Assembly (NCBI GenBank): GCA_963713625.1
Contig: CAVQMN010000009.1
Span: 84,093-148,092 of the forward strand
DNA: 64,000 nucleotides
Source of the DNA: an uncultured Acidimicrobiales bacterium
GTDB lineage: Bacteria; Actinomycetota; Acidimicrobiia; Acidimicrobiales; RAAP-2
Direction: 5' to 3'
The stretch's first letter is position 1; each line of letters starts with the position of its first letter. The position numbers and the translations under genes were made by a program. Below, piece by piece: positions 20,058 through 29,241 of the stretch. The notes beneath the pieces were generated by a model. The model saw nothing but the letters and a program-made list of their open reading frames with translations, was not told the origin of the DNA and made no database searches.

Positions 20058-20702
20058 CTAGCCGGCGCGCCGGATGAGGGTGACCCCGTCGCGGACGGTG
20101 GTCTGGACCACCACCACCCGCGGGTCGACAGCCAGGGCGTCGTTGAACTTCCTGAGGGCCACGGTGTCCTGGCTGGTGTCGCTCTGATCGAGGATCCGGC
20201 CGCTCCACAGGGTGTTGTCGGCGGCGATGAGGCCGCGGGGCGCCAGCTTGGGCAGCACCGCTTCGAAGTAGTCCGGATAGGACGCCTTGTCGGCATCGAT
20301 GAAGACGAGGTCGAACGGTCCGTCCAGGGTGGCGATGGTGTCGATGGCCGGGCCGACCACCACCTCGATGCGGTCGGCGTAGGGACTGGCCGCGATGTGC
20401 CGGCGGGCGAACTCGGCGTGCACCGTGGAGATCTCGCAGCTGGTGATCCTGCCCTCCGGAGCCAGGCCGGCCGCCATGGCCAGGGCCGAGTACCCGCCGA
20501 AGGTCCCGATCTCGAGGACCGAGCGGGCACCGAGGGCGAAGGTGAGCAGTTCGAGGAAGCGGCCCTCGAGCCGGCCGACCATCATCCCCGGGAACTCGAG
20601 CGTGTCGTGCAGGTCGGAAGCCAGCTCCTGGAGGTAGCCGGGAGGCGCGGTGGTGTGCTCGGTGGCGTAGAACTCCAGCGCGGGGTCAACGATGTCGGTC
20701 AT
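20058..20702 (-). CDS. Class I SAM-dependent O-methyltransferase (caffeoyl-CoA OMT-like)
   Basis: 214 aa: SVLEIGTFGGYSALAMA (SAM motif I) and FDLVFIDADKASY. Confidence 0.9.
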   Translation of the reverse strand: MTDIVDPALEFYATEHTTAPPGYLQELASDLHDTLEFPGMMVGRLEGRFLELLTFALGARSVLEIGTFGGYSALAMAAGLAPEGRITSCEISTVHAEFARRHIAASPYADRIEVVVGPAIDTIATLDGPFDLVFIDADKASYPDYFEAVLPKLAPRGLIAADNTLWSGRILDQSDTSQDTVALRKFNDALAVDPRVVVVQTTVRDGVTLIRRAG

Positions 20703-20860
20703 GGTTGCATCGTAAGTCAGGTGGCGGGCAGGCCATGAGCCGGCGACCGGGGCCCGCCCCGGTCCGAGACCCTCGTTCCGTCACCGTGTTCCCGTCACCC
20801 GACGTCGTCACCCGGTCCCGTCCGCCGGGTACTTGCTGCCGCTTCGTCCGCCGGTCCTGT

Positions 20861-20910
20861 CAGGTCGGTTCGATCAGGTCGGTTCGATCAGGTCGGTTCG
20901 ATCAGGTCCA
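20861..20910 (-). repeat. 14-bp tandem repeat (CAGGTCGGTTCGAT x3.5) overlapping the stop codon of the ArsA-like gene
   Basis: Units 20861-20874, 20875-20888 and 20889-20902, plus a partial unit. Minus-strand TGA recurs every 14 nt (plus-strand TCA at 20860, 20874, 20888, 20902). Confidence 0.9.
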
Positions 20911-22206
20911 GATCTGCTCCCCGAGCCGCAGCAGGCCTCGCAGATCGTAGAGGTCGGTATCGAAGAACGGCACCGTGGCCAGCACGTCGGGGATCACCGA
21001 GAGCATCGCCTGCTCCTCCATCTCCCGCAGCGCCACCACCTGGAAGTTGAGATAGCTGTCGGCCACCTCGGTGAGCACCCGGGCGATCTGGTCGGTGTCA
21101 CCCAGCTCCGGGTCCACGGCGGCCAGGCTCGGGGTCAGCTCGGCGGCGAGATCGGGGGCGCGGTCCCTGATCGACTCGGCGACCGAGGCACCCTCCGAAC
21201 CCCGCAGGTAGACGGGCAACACCTTGTTCAAGACGATGGCTCCGAGGTGGAGACGGCGGGCGGTGAGCTGGTCGGCGAAGAATTCCGCTTCCCGCAGGGG
21301 CACTGCTTCGAGGGTGGACACCACGATGAAGGTGGTCCGGCGGTCAGACAGCAGTCGTCCCACCGACTCGGAACGCTCGACGAACCCGTTGTGCATGGTC
21401 TGGAACAGGACGAAGAATTCCGAGATGTCGGCCAGGAACTCCGTCCCGAGGATCCGGTCGGCGATCTGGTAGAAGGGCTTGGTGGCCACGTTCACCAGAC
21501 GCGACCGGTAGGGGACGATCAGCCACCGCAGGAGGCGGGACGAGAAGAAGTCGGCCATCCGCTGGGGTGCGTCGAGGAAATCGAGGGCGTTCCTGGTCGG
21601 TGGCGTGTCGACCACGATGAGGTCGTAGTCGCTCTCGGAATGGATCTCGTACAGGCGCTCCATGGCGATGTAGTCGTGGCTCTGGACGAAACGGCCGGCG
21701 ATGTTCTGGTACAGCGGATTGGCCAGGATCTCGTCCCTGGTCTGCTTGTCGGGCGCGTGCCGCTTGATCAGCGCATCCCACGACTCCTTGGTGTCGAGCA
21801 TGGCCGCCCACAGCTGGCCCCTCGGTTTGATGCCGGCGGCCTCGAAAGCCTCATCGGGCACCCGGTGCTCGGTGTTGCCGATGCCGTCGAGTCCCAAGGC
21901 GTCGGCCAGTCGCCGGGCCGGGTCGACGGTGAGCACGAGCACCTTGCTGCCGTGACGCACCGCGGCCATGAGGGCGGCGGCGGCGGCGGTGGTCGTCTTG
22001 CCCACTCCCCCCGGCCCGCAGGCGATGACGATCTCCTTGGTGGCCAGCAGGCCGTCCAGCGAGCCACCGCCCGCGACCGCCTTGCCCCGCTCGGTCGAGC
22101 CGCCCTTCCTCCGGTCGACGGCCGGCCGGCCCGCGGCCCGACGGCCGCCGCGGCCACCGCCGTCGGTGTCGTCGTCGCCGGTGGTGTGGCCCTCGCCCTG
22201 GGCCAT
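20902..22206 (-). CDS. ArsA/Get3-like ATPase (second of a pair)
   Basis: ATG at 22206 (MAQGEGHTTGDDD...), then VIACGPGGVGKTTTAAA (deviant Walker A) and DTPPTRNALDFL. Its start overlaps the upstream gene's stop by 1 nt (TGATG). Confidence 0.85.
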   Translation of the reverse strand: MAQGEGHTTGDDDTDGGGRGGRRAAGRPAVDRRKGGSTERGKAVAGGGSLDGLLATKEIVIACGPGGVGKTTTAAAAALMAAVRHGSKVLVLTVDPARRLADALGLDGIGNTEHRVPDEAFEAAGIKPRGQLWAAMLDTKESWDALIKRHAPDKQTRDEILANPLYQNIAGRFVQSHDYIAMERLYEIHSESDYDLIVVDTPPTRNALDFLDAPQRMADFFSSRLLRWLIVPYRSRLVNVATKPFYQIADRILGTEFLADISEFFVLFQTMHNGFVERSESVGRLLSDRRTTFIVVSTLEAVPLREAEFFADQLTARRLHLGAIVLNKVLPVYLRGSEGASVAESIRDRAPDLAAELTPSLAAVDPELGDTDQIARVLTEVADSYLNFQVVALREMEEQAMLSVIPDVLATVPFFDTDLYDLRGLLRLGEQIWT

Positions 22207-23153
22207 CAGTACCCCAGCTCCTCGCCCAGGGATGCGGCCACCTGGCGGGTGGTCCGTAGGCCGTGCGAACGGGTGAACAGATACGGGAGGTAGAGCATGG
22301 GCACCGACTCGTCGATGCCCTGCCGCAGGCGGTCGAGGTGGGTGGAGCGGGTGCGCCGCATGGTCACGGCCAGTCGGGCCGCCTCCAGCAGGGGCCCGGC
22401 GTCCCCGCCCACCAGCTGGTTGAGCTGTTCCGAGGGCGCCGGCTTGACCAACGCGTCGAACACCTCCTCCTCCTGGCGACCGAAGAGCTCGGGCAGCACG
22501 CGGTTGACCACCACCGCGGAGAGCCGCACCGTGGTCTCCTCCTTCACCCGGGCGGCCAGCTCGATGGTCTCGCTCACCGGCATCTCCTCGGGGGTGCACA
22601 CGGCCACCAGTCCCGTCTTCTGCGGATCGGAGAGGATCTCGAGCAGCCAGTCGGTTTGGGAGCGGATGAGGCCCACCTTGACCAGGTTGTTGATGGCCTG
22701 GGGGGCGGCCAGCAGGCTGATGATGTGGCCCGAGGCCGGCGCGTCCACCACCACCAGGTCGTAGTTCCGCTCACGTACCTCATAGACGGGCTTGCCCACG
22801 GTGAGGATCTCGCGGACCCCCGGCGCGGCGGTGGCCACGAAGTCGAAGGCCTTGGCCAGCGGACCGATGCGCCCGACCACCGGGATGCGGAGCTGGAGCT
22901 TGAGGTACTCGCGGAGCGATGCCTCGGTATCCATGGTCATGGCGAAGAGGCCGGGAAGGATCTCTTTTTCGTTGAACCCGGTGGGTGGTGCCTCGTAGAA
23001 GCCGGCCACGTCCCCTTTGGCATCCACCTCGCAGATGAGCACCCGCTTCCCTTGCTGGGAGGCGAACAGGGCCAGGGCCGAGGCCACGGTGGTCTTGCCC
23101 ACGCCGCCCTTGCCGGTCACGAAGACCAGCTTGAGATCGAGGAGCGGGTTCAT
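22206..23153 (-). CDS. ArsA/Get3-like ATPase (first of a pair)
   Basis: 315 aa: LVFVTGKGGVGKTTVASALA and VVVDAPASGH. Confidence 0.9.
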   Translation of the reverse strand: MNPLLDLKLVFVTGKGGVGKTTVASALALFASQQGKRVLICEVDAKGDVAGFYEAPPTGFNEKEILPGLFAMTMDTEASLREYLKLQLRIPVVGRIGPLAKAFDFVATAAPGVREILTVGKPVYEVRERNYDLVVVDAPASGHIISLLAAPQAINNLVKVGLIRSQTDWLLEILSDPQKTGLVAVCTPEEMPVSETIELAARVKEETTVRLSAVVVNRVLPELFGRQEEEVFDALVKPAPSEQLNQLVGGDAGPLLEAARLAVTMRRTRSTHLDRLRQGIDESVPMLYLPYLFTRSHGLRTTRQVAASLGEELGY

Positions 23154-23211
23154 CCGGCCACGCCAGCCACTCCGACCCTCAGCGCCGGACCCGGCGGAGG
23201 TCGGAGCTCAA

Positions 23212-23448
23212 TCAGGAGATCCCGAAGCCGACCCGGCGGTCCGAGGTCGGTGGGTCCAGTTCGACGTAGGCCACCTTGCCCACGGGCACCCCCACCTGAC
23301 GGCCCTTCCGGTCGGTCAACCACAGGATGGTCCCGTCCTCGGCCAGGGCGGCCTCGATATCGGCCAGGACCTTGTCGCGGTCGGCATCGTCGGGCAACTC
23401 GATGTCGAGCTCCTTCATCGATTGCACGATTCCGATACGCACGTCCAC
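23212..23448 (-). CDS. DUF3107 domain-containing small protein
   Basis: GTG at 23448 gives (M)DVRIGIVQSMKELDIELPDDADRDKVLADIEAAL..., 78 aa, matching my recollection of the DUF3107 family. The longer 113-aa N-terminus was rejected. Confidence 0.7.
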   Translation of the reverse strand: MDVRIGIVQSMKELDIELPDDADRDKVLADIEAALAEDGTILWLTDRKGRQVGVPVGKVAYVELDPPTSDRRVGFGIS

Positions 23449-23696
23449 CTGGCACGCTCCTCTCAGTGGGGCTCCGGCACGGGCTGCCGGGTGCCGGGTG
23501 CCTCTGACGATACAAGGTCGGGGACGCCCCCCGGTCACAGCCATGGTGCACACTGATCGGCGTGGAACGAGCCAGCGGCGAAGACGGGCCGGGAACGGAC
23601 AGGCCGGGGGACGGGTCGAGCGACGGGCGGGCGGGCGGGCCCCCGACCGGGCCCAGGGGAGGTGAGAGCGAGCGGAACCGCCGCTGGGCCTCGACC

Positions 23697-24803
23697 ATGG
23701 CCGGCCACGGGGGCCCGGGCATCACCTACGCCCACGCCGACAGCCGCGCCGGCGACGGATACGACAGCCCCCACCCGGGCCTCGACCGACGGGCCCGTGA
23801 ATCGATCGAGGAGGACGGGCTGGCCCCCGGGGCGACGAGGGTGGCCGGTGCCGGCCACCGTGATCTGCCCGAGGAGCCCGATCCCTGGCGGACCTGTTTC
23901 GAACGGGACCGCGACCGCATCCTCCACGCCCCCGCCTTCCGCCGCCTGGCCGGAAAGACCCAGGTGTTCGTCTTCCCCGACGACCACCAGCGCACCCGCC
24001 TGACCCACGCGCTGGAAGTGGCTCAGGTCGCCACCTCCGTGGCCCGTGCCTGCCGTCTGAACGTGGCCCTCACCGAGGCCATCGCCCTCGGGCACGACTG
24101 CGGACACGGTCCCGGCGGGCACGCCAGCGAGGATGCCCTGTCCCCGTACCTCGACGGCGGATTCGACCACGCTCCCTGGGGTGCCGACGTGTCCCTGGCC
24201 CACCTCAACCTGTGCCACGAGACGCTCGACGGCATCCGGAACCATTCGTGGTCCCGACCGGCGCCGTCCACGCCCGAAGGTGAGGTGGTGAGTTGGGCGG
24301 ACCGGATCGCCTACGTCTGCCACGATTTCGAAGACGCGGTGAAGAGCGGCATCGTGACCCCCGCCGCTCTTCCTCCGCTGGTGCTCGAGCGGTGCGGTGA
24401 CCGACGCAGCCAGCAGTTGGGCACGTTCATCGACGCCCTGGTGTCGTCGATCCTTTCGACGGGACGGATCGGGATGGCCGACGAGCAGGCCGAGGCGCTG
24501 GCCGCCTTCCGGGCCAGCAACTACGAGCACGTCTACCTCCGGCCCAGCTCCGTGGCCCAGGGCCGATCGGTGGTGTCGGTCCTGCGGGCTCTGGTCGACT
24601 ACTTCGGCGACAGACCCAACCTGATCCCCGACCGGGGTGGCCGAACCGCCGATCTCGCCGGCGGTGATCCCACGGCCATCCGCGCCGCGGTGGCCTACGT
24701 GGCCGGAATGACCGACAGGTTCGCGTTCAGCCAGGCCGTTGCCCTGTTGGGTTGGGATCCCGGAAAGCTGCCGGCGGGGGTCGGCGTCACCAACCGGATC
24801 TGA
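23697..24803 (+). CDS. dGTPase-like HD-domain triphosphohydrolase
   Basis: FERDRDRILHAPAFRRLAGKTQVF...RTRLTHALEVAQV...LGHDCGHGPGGH. The start at ATG 23697 is provisional; the ORF opens at 23562. Confidence 0.85.
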   Translation: MAGHGGPGITYAHADSRAGDGYDSPHPGLDRRARESIEEDGLAPGATRVAGAGHRDLPEEPDPWRTCFERDRDRILHAPAFRRLAGKTQVFVFPDDHQRTRLTHALEVAQVATSVARACRLNVALTEAIALGHDCGHGPGGHASEDALSPYLDGGFDHAPWGADVSLAHLNLCHETLDGIRNHSWSRPAPSTPEGEVVSWADRIAYVCHDFEDAVKSGIVTPAALPPLVLERCGDRRSQQLGTFIDALVSSILSTGRIGMADEQAEALAAFRASNYEHVYLRPSSVAQGRSVVSVLRALVDYFGDRPNLIPDRGGRTADLAGGDPTAIRAAVAYVAGMTDRFAFSQAVALLGWDPGKLPAGVGVTNRI

Positions 24804-24897
24804 GCTCGGGCGTCGCCGTCGGAGGACGGCGACGGCCACATCCCGGGCCACACGGATCCCCCGGGTCGTCGACAGCCCGACCGGTAGTGTGCGCCTG

Positions 24898-26361
24898 ATG
24901 GACCGCGGTGACCGGCTGCACGACGACGACCCTCCTCCGAGGTCGGTGCGCAAGACCCACCGTCCGAGCCGGTCCGAGCGGGTGAAGCGGGGCAAGTCGG
25001 CGCGACGTCCGGCACCCCGCTCGTCCCACGGGACGTGGCAGGCGGCCGCCGGTCGGCCCGACCCGGTCGATCTGCTCGAGGAACAGGCGGCATCGAGAGT
25101 GCCGGAGTTGGTCCCCATCCGCTACGGACGGATGCTGGTCTCCCCCTTCGCCTTCTACCGGGGCGCGGCGCTGGTCATGGCCAACGATCTGGCCAGCACG
25201 CCGGACTCGGGCATCACCGTGCAGTGCTGCGGCGACGCCCATCTGTCCAACTTCGGCGTGTTCGGCTCGCCCGAGCGCCGGCTGATCTTCGACATCAACG
25301 ACTTCGACGAGACCCTGCCCGGCCCGTGGGAGTGGGACGTGAAGCGCCTGGCGGCCAGTTTCGAGATTGCCGGCCGCGACCGGGGATTCTCCCGTTCCGA
25401 TCGGCGCAAGGTCGTCCTGGCCGCCGTGCGGGAGTACCGGTTGGGGATGAGGAACGCCGCTACCCAGGGCACCCTGGACGTGTGGTATTCGCATATGGAG
25501 ATCGGCCAGATGCTCGAATGGATCCGCACCGAGGACTCCGACGAGCGGCTGGGGAGGAGGGCGGGCAAGGAGTCGGTCCTGGATGTGGCCAAGGCCCGGA
25601 CCCGCGACAGCACCCGGGCTTTCAAGAAGCTCACCGAGCGGGTCGACGGTGATCTCCGTTTCGTCAAGGACCCTCCGCTCATCGTGCCGCTCGAAGATCT
25701 GGTCCTGTCCGACGAAGCCCGGCGCCGGACGGAGCGGTCACTGCGCAAGTTGGTCAAGAAGTACCGCCGGACACTGGCCGACGAGCACCATCCGCTGGAG
25801 GAGTTCCGGTACCTCCACATGGCCCGGAAGGTGGTCGGTGTGGGCAGCGTCGGGACCCGCGCCTGGATCTTCCTCATGATGGGCGTCGACGACCGCGATC
25901 CACTGATCCTGCAGGCCAAAGAGGCCCAGCCCTCGGTGCTCGAGCGGTTCGCGGGACGGAGTGCATACGGCAACCACGGGCAGCGGGTGGTGGTGGGCCA
26001 GCGGCTGATGCAGACGGCCAGCGACATCTTCCTCGGATGGCAACGGGTCAAGGACATCGACGGACACCCCCGCGACTACTACGTCCGCCAGCTCCACGAC
26101 TGGAAAGGCTCCGCCCACGTGGACACCCTGCGGGTCGCCGGGGCCACCACCTATGCCCGCATGTGCGGCGCGACACTGGCCCGGGCCCACGCCAGATCGG
26201 GCGACTGGATCGCCATCGCCGCCTATCTGGGTAAAGGCGACAGGTTCGACCGGGGGATCGCCGACTTCTCTGCCGCGTACGCCGACCAGAACGAACGGGA
26301 CTACGAGGAGTTGGTCCGGGCCGTCCGGTCCGGTCGGGTGGCGGCCGAGTCCGGCCTGTAG
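24898..26361 (+). CDS. DUF2252 domain-containing protein
   Basis: VPIRYGRMLVSPFAFYRGAALVMANDL..CCGDAHLSNFGVFGSPERRLIFDINDFDET is typical of DUF2252. Start taken at ATG 24898. Confidence 0.8.
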   Translation: MDRGDRLHDDDPPPRSVRKTHRPSRSERVKRGKSARRPAPRSSHGTWQAAAGRPDPVDLLEEQAASRVPELVPIRYGRMLVSPFAFYRGAALVMANDLASTPDSGITVQCCGDAHLSNFGVFGSPERRLIFDINDFDETLPGPWEWDVKRLAASFEIAGRDRGFSRSDRRKVVLAAVREYRLGMRNAATQGTLDVWYSHMEIGQMLEWIRTEDSDERLGRRAGKESVLDVAKARTRDSTRAFKKLTERVDGDLRFVKDPPLIVPLEDLVLSDEARRRTERSLRKLVKKYRRTLADEHHPLEEFRYLHMARKVVGVGSVGTRAWIFLMMGVDDRDPLILQAKEAQPSVLERFAGRSAYGNHGQRVVVGQRLMQTASDIFLGWQRVKDIDGHPRDYYVRQLHDWKGSAHVDTLRVAGATTYARMCGATLARAHARSGDWIAIAAYLGKGDRFDRGIADFSAAYADQNERDYEELVRAVRSGRVAAESGL

Positions 26362-26408
26362 CCGGGCGCGGAATCGGAGCGTCGCCATAGGATCACGGTT
26401 GAGCACGA

Positions 26409-27824
26409 ATGGGGGCAGGTCGGTCAAGGAGGCCGCCGATGGTCACTGAGGTATCGCGCCAATCAGCCGAAGCAGAAGCGTCAGCCGCCGAGTCCCCGGT
26501 TCCGGTTCCAGAGGGAGGAAACGGACCGGCGGGAAGCGAAAGCCGGGGCCCGGCTCCGGGCAGTGCCGCCGATGCCCTGGCCCCGCTGATCCGAGCGCTG
26601 GTCGGGAGCGACGTGCCCGTCCGCTTCGAGTTCTGGGACGGTAGCGGGCTCGGCCCGGCCGACGGAATCGGGACGCTGCGCATCCGATCGGTCGACGCCC
26701 TGCGCCGGATCCTCTGGGCCCCCGGTGAACTGGGGGTGGCCCGGGCCTTTGTCTCGGGTGACCTCACGATCGAGGGGGACCTCTACACCCTGTTGCGGGT
26801 CCTGCATGCCGCCTCACCTCGTGACCTGCGGCGGATGGGACTGCGGGCCCTTCCCACCGTGATCGACGCGGCCCGTCGGCTGGGCGCCCTGGGTCCCCCG
26901 TTGGCCGCCCCACCCGAAGAGTGCAAACCACCGGGCCGACTGCACTCGCCATCCCGCGACGCCGCGGTGATCAGCCACCACTACGACGTGGGGAACGAGT
27001 TCTACCGTCTGGTCCTCGGTTCGAGCATGACCTATTCGTGTGCGCGCTTCCTGTCGGGCAACGTCACCCTCGAAGAGGCCCAGGAGGCGAAGCACGAACT
27101 GGTGTGCCGGAAGTTGGGTCTCGACCGGCAGCCCGGGGCCCGGTTGCTCGACGTCGGCTGCGGCTGGGGTTCGATGGCCATCCATGCCGCCCGCCATCAC
27201 CAGGCCACGGTGACCGGGGTGGCCCTCAGCCGCGAGCAGGTCGACGAGGCAAGACGGCGGGTGGAGCGGGCCGGTCTGGCCGACCGGATCGAGATCCGCC
27301 TGCAGGACTACCGCGACCTCCGGGGAGAACAGTTCGACGCCATCTCGTCGATCGGCATGTTCGAGCATGTGGGCGCGGCCCGCATGGCCCAGTACTTCGA
27401 GACACTCCGGCGCCTGCTCACTCCGACCGGTCGGCTGCTGAACCACGCCATCTCCAAAGCGGGCGGGTCGTTTCTGGGTGGCCGTACCTTCATCGGGCGC
27501 TATGTGTTCCCGGACGGTGAGCTGTTGGACGTGGCCGACGTGGTCCGGGCCATGCAGCAGAGCGGGTTCGAGGTCAGGGACGTCGAGTCACTCCGGGAGC
27601 ACTACTCGATGACCCTGCACCACTGGGTCTCGAACCTCGAAGACCGGTGGGACGAAGCGGTGGGCCTGGTCGGGGCACCCCGGGCCAACATCTGGCGGTT
27701 GTACATGGCCGCTTCGGCCAACGGTTTCGACGACGGCGGCCTGGCCATCCACCAGGCGCTGGGTGTGGTCCCCGACCGCGATGGTCACAGCGGCATGCCG
27801 CCGGGGCGCGCCGGGTGGGGCTGA
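26409..27824 (+). CDS. Cyclopropane-fatty-acyl-phospholipid synthase family methyltransferase
   Basis: SHHYDVGNEFYRLVLGSSMTYSCA...LLDVGCGWGSMAIHAA...DAISSIGMFEHVG. Confidence 0.9.
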   Translation: MGAGRSRRPPMVTEVSRQSAEAEASAAESPVPVPEGGNGPAGSESRGPAPGSAADALAPLIRALVGSDVPVRFEFWDGSGLGPADGIGTLRIRSVDALRRILWAPGELGVARAFVSGDLTIEGDLYTLLRVLHAASPRDLRRMGLRALPTVIDAARRLGALGPPLAAPPEECKPPGRLHSPSRDAAVISHHYDVGNEFYRLVLGSSMTYSCARFLSGNVTLEEAQEAKHELVCRKLGLDRQPGARLLDVGCGWGSMAIHAARHHQATVTGVALSREQVDEARRRVERAGLADRIEIRLQDYRDLRGEQFDAISSIGMFEHVGAARMAQYFETLRRLLTPTGRLLNHAISKAGGSFLGGRTFIGRYVFPDGELLDVADVVRAMQQSGFEVRDVESLREHYSMTLHHWVSNLEDRWDEAVGLVGAPRANIWRLYMAASANGFDDGGLAIHQALGVVPDRDGHSGMPPGRAGWG

Positions 27825-27907
27825 GCACCATCGGTCGACCGTCGGCCGAGCCTGCGTCTCGGTGGTGAGGGGACTGCTCGAGGGAAACGCCAACTGGAGC
27901 GAACGGA

Positions 27908-29188
27908 TCAGGCCGCCGTGGCCGGCGGGGGCCGTTGGTTGCGGAGGCGGTTGTGGAATCGGCACAGCAGGCGTCCGTTCTCCTGGGTGGTGAGGCCGCC
28001 GAGGGCCCAGGGCTGGATATGGTCGATCTCGGCCCACCGGGCCGGGCGGTCGCAGAAGGGGTGGGTGCACTGCCGGTCCCGCACCTCGATGGCCCGGCGG
28101 GTGGCGCCGGTGAACAGCCGGGTGTGGGGGCTGATCTCGCTCCGGGTGCCGGGGTGGCCCACGGCCCGCTCCAGATCGGCGCCGGTGACCCGGCCGGTGA
28201 CCTCGGGAACCAGCCGGGTGGTGCAGCCGATGGTCACCCGGCCACCGGGGGCGACGGTGGCCCGCTCCACATCGGCCCCGTCCAGCCAGGGCAGCAGTGA
28301 CCCCGGGGGGACCACGGTGCCGTTCTCGAGCTCACAGGTCCGCCCGTGCAGGGTCTCCCAGCCCACGAGGACGGTGAAGAGCGGGGCCGGTCTCCGGGTC
28401 CCGGCCGGGCAGCCCTGCGAGCGGACGGCCATCTCCACCAGGGCGTCGGCCCGGCGCTGTCCGGGGGTGCGGGCCAGCGTGTCCCCCGGTCCCGGATCAC
28501 GGCCGAGGAGGGCTTTGGCCCCGGCCCGGTCGGCCTCGAACAGTTCGGTGTCGATCCGTTCGAGCTCGCCGGCCACGATGGCGCCCCGGACAGGGTCGAG
28601 GGTCATCCCCCCGAGCCAGGTCCCGGCGAAGCTCTGGACCAGAAAGGCGTCCCGGTTGCCCTGCCGGCGTTCGGCGTCCTTGTCGGCCCCGTCCGGATCG
28701 GCCAGCTGCCCCCAGTAGGCCGCGGCCCGGCTGAAGTGGGCAAAGGTCAGTTCGGTGGCCTGGTCGACCAGCAGGGCCTCGTCCCGGGCCAGGGCTTCTT
28801 CGGTCCCGGGACGGCGGAGGCGGCCCATCACCTCCACGTGGTCGCCGGTGATGTCCCCTCCCACCCAGGCCCGCTCCGTCTCGGGCAGGAACCGGAGCTC
28901 CCGGCCCCGGCGGACCCGGCGCTGGGCCGCTTTCTTCGGGACCCGGCAGGTGGCCGTGATCCACGCCGCCGCCGTCTGGGCTCCGTCGGCCGCCCAGTCA
29001 CCGGCGGCGTCGAAGGAGGCGGTGGCCCGGGTGGCGACGGCCTCCAGGGTGGCCAGGTGGCGGTGCAACGAAACGATCGACTCGGCGTCGGCCAGGGCCG
29101 AGGGGTCCAGCTCACGCAGTTGTCCGAGCACCTCGGCGAGGTCGTCAAGTACCACGACGCCAGTCCAGCACCCGGGTGTGACGGCCAC
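27908..29188 (-). CDS. DUF222 / HNH endonuclease domain protein (13E12-repeat-like)
   Basis: 426 aa. N-terminal DUF222-like region (LHRHLATLEAVATRATASFD) and C-terminal HNH CTHPFCDRPARWAEIDHIQPWALGGLTTQENGRLLCRFHN. Confidence 0.85.
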   Translation of the reverse strand: MAVTPGCWTGVVVLDDLAEVLGQLRELDPSALADAESIVSLHRHLATLEAVATRATASFDAAGDWAADGAQTAAAWITATCRVPKKAAQRRVRRGRELRFLPETERAWVGGDITGDHVEVMGRLRRPGTEEALARDEALLVDQATELTFAHFSRAAAYWGQLADPDGADKDAERRQGNRDAFLVQSFAGTWLGGMTLDPVRGAIVAGELERIDTELFEADRAGAKALLGRDPGPGDTLARTPGQRRADALVEMAVRSQGCPAGTRRPAPLFTVLVGWETLHGRTCELENGTVVPPGSLLPWLDGADVERATVAPGGRVTIGCTTRLVPEVTGRVTGADLERAVGHPGTRSEISPHTRLFTGATRRAIEVRDRQCTHPFCDRPARWAEIDHIQPWALGGLTTQENGRLLCRFHNRLRNQRPPPATAA

Positions 29189-29241
29189 ATGGGCGTCGGG
29201 GAAGGCGGTGGAGGAGCGGGGGCGAAAGTGACCCGCCGCCG

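Noticed and set aside
22207-22599. N-terminal extension of ORF 20902..22599 overlapping the upstream ArsA-like gene.
   Set aside because: It is Arg/Gly/Pro-rich and lies out of frame within a well-supported gene. The ATG at 22206 gives a sensible coupled start.
27825-29241. Treating the DUF222-HNH gene as a bounded insertion sequence or transposon.
   Set aside because: No transposase, terminal inverted repeats or target duplications are visible in the 83-bp and 53-bp flanks.
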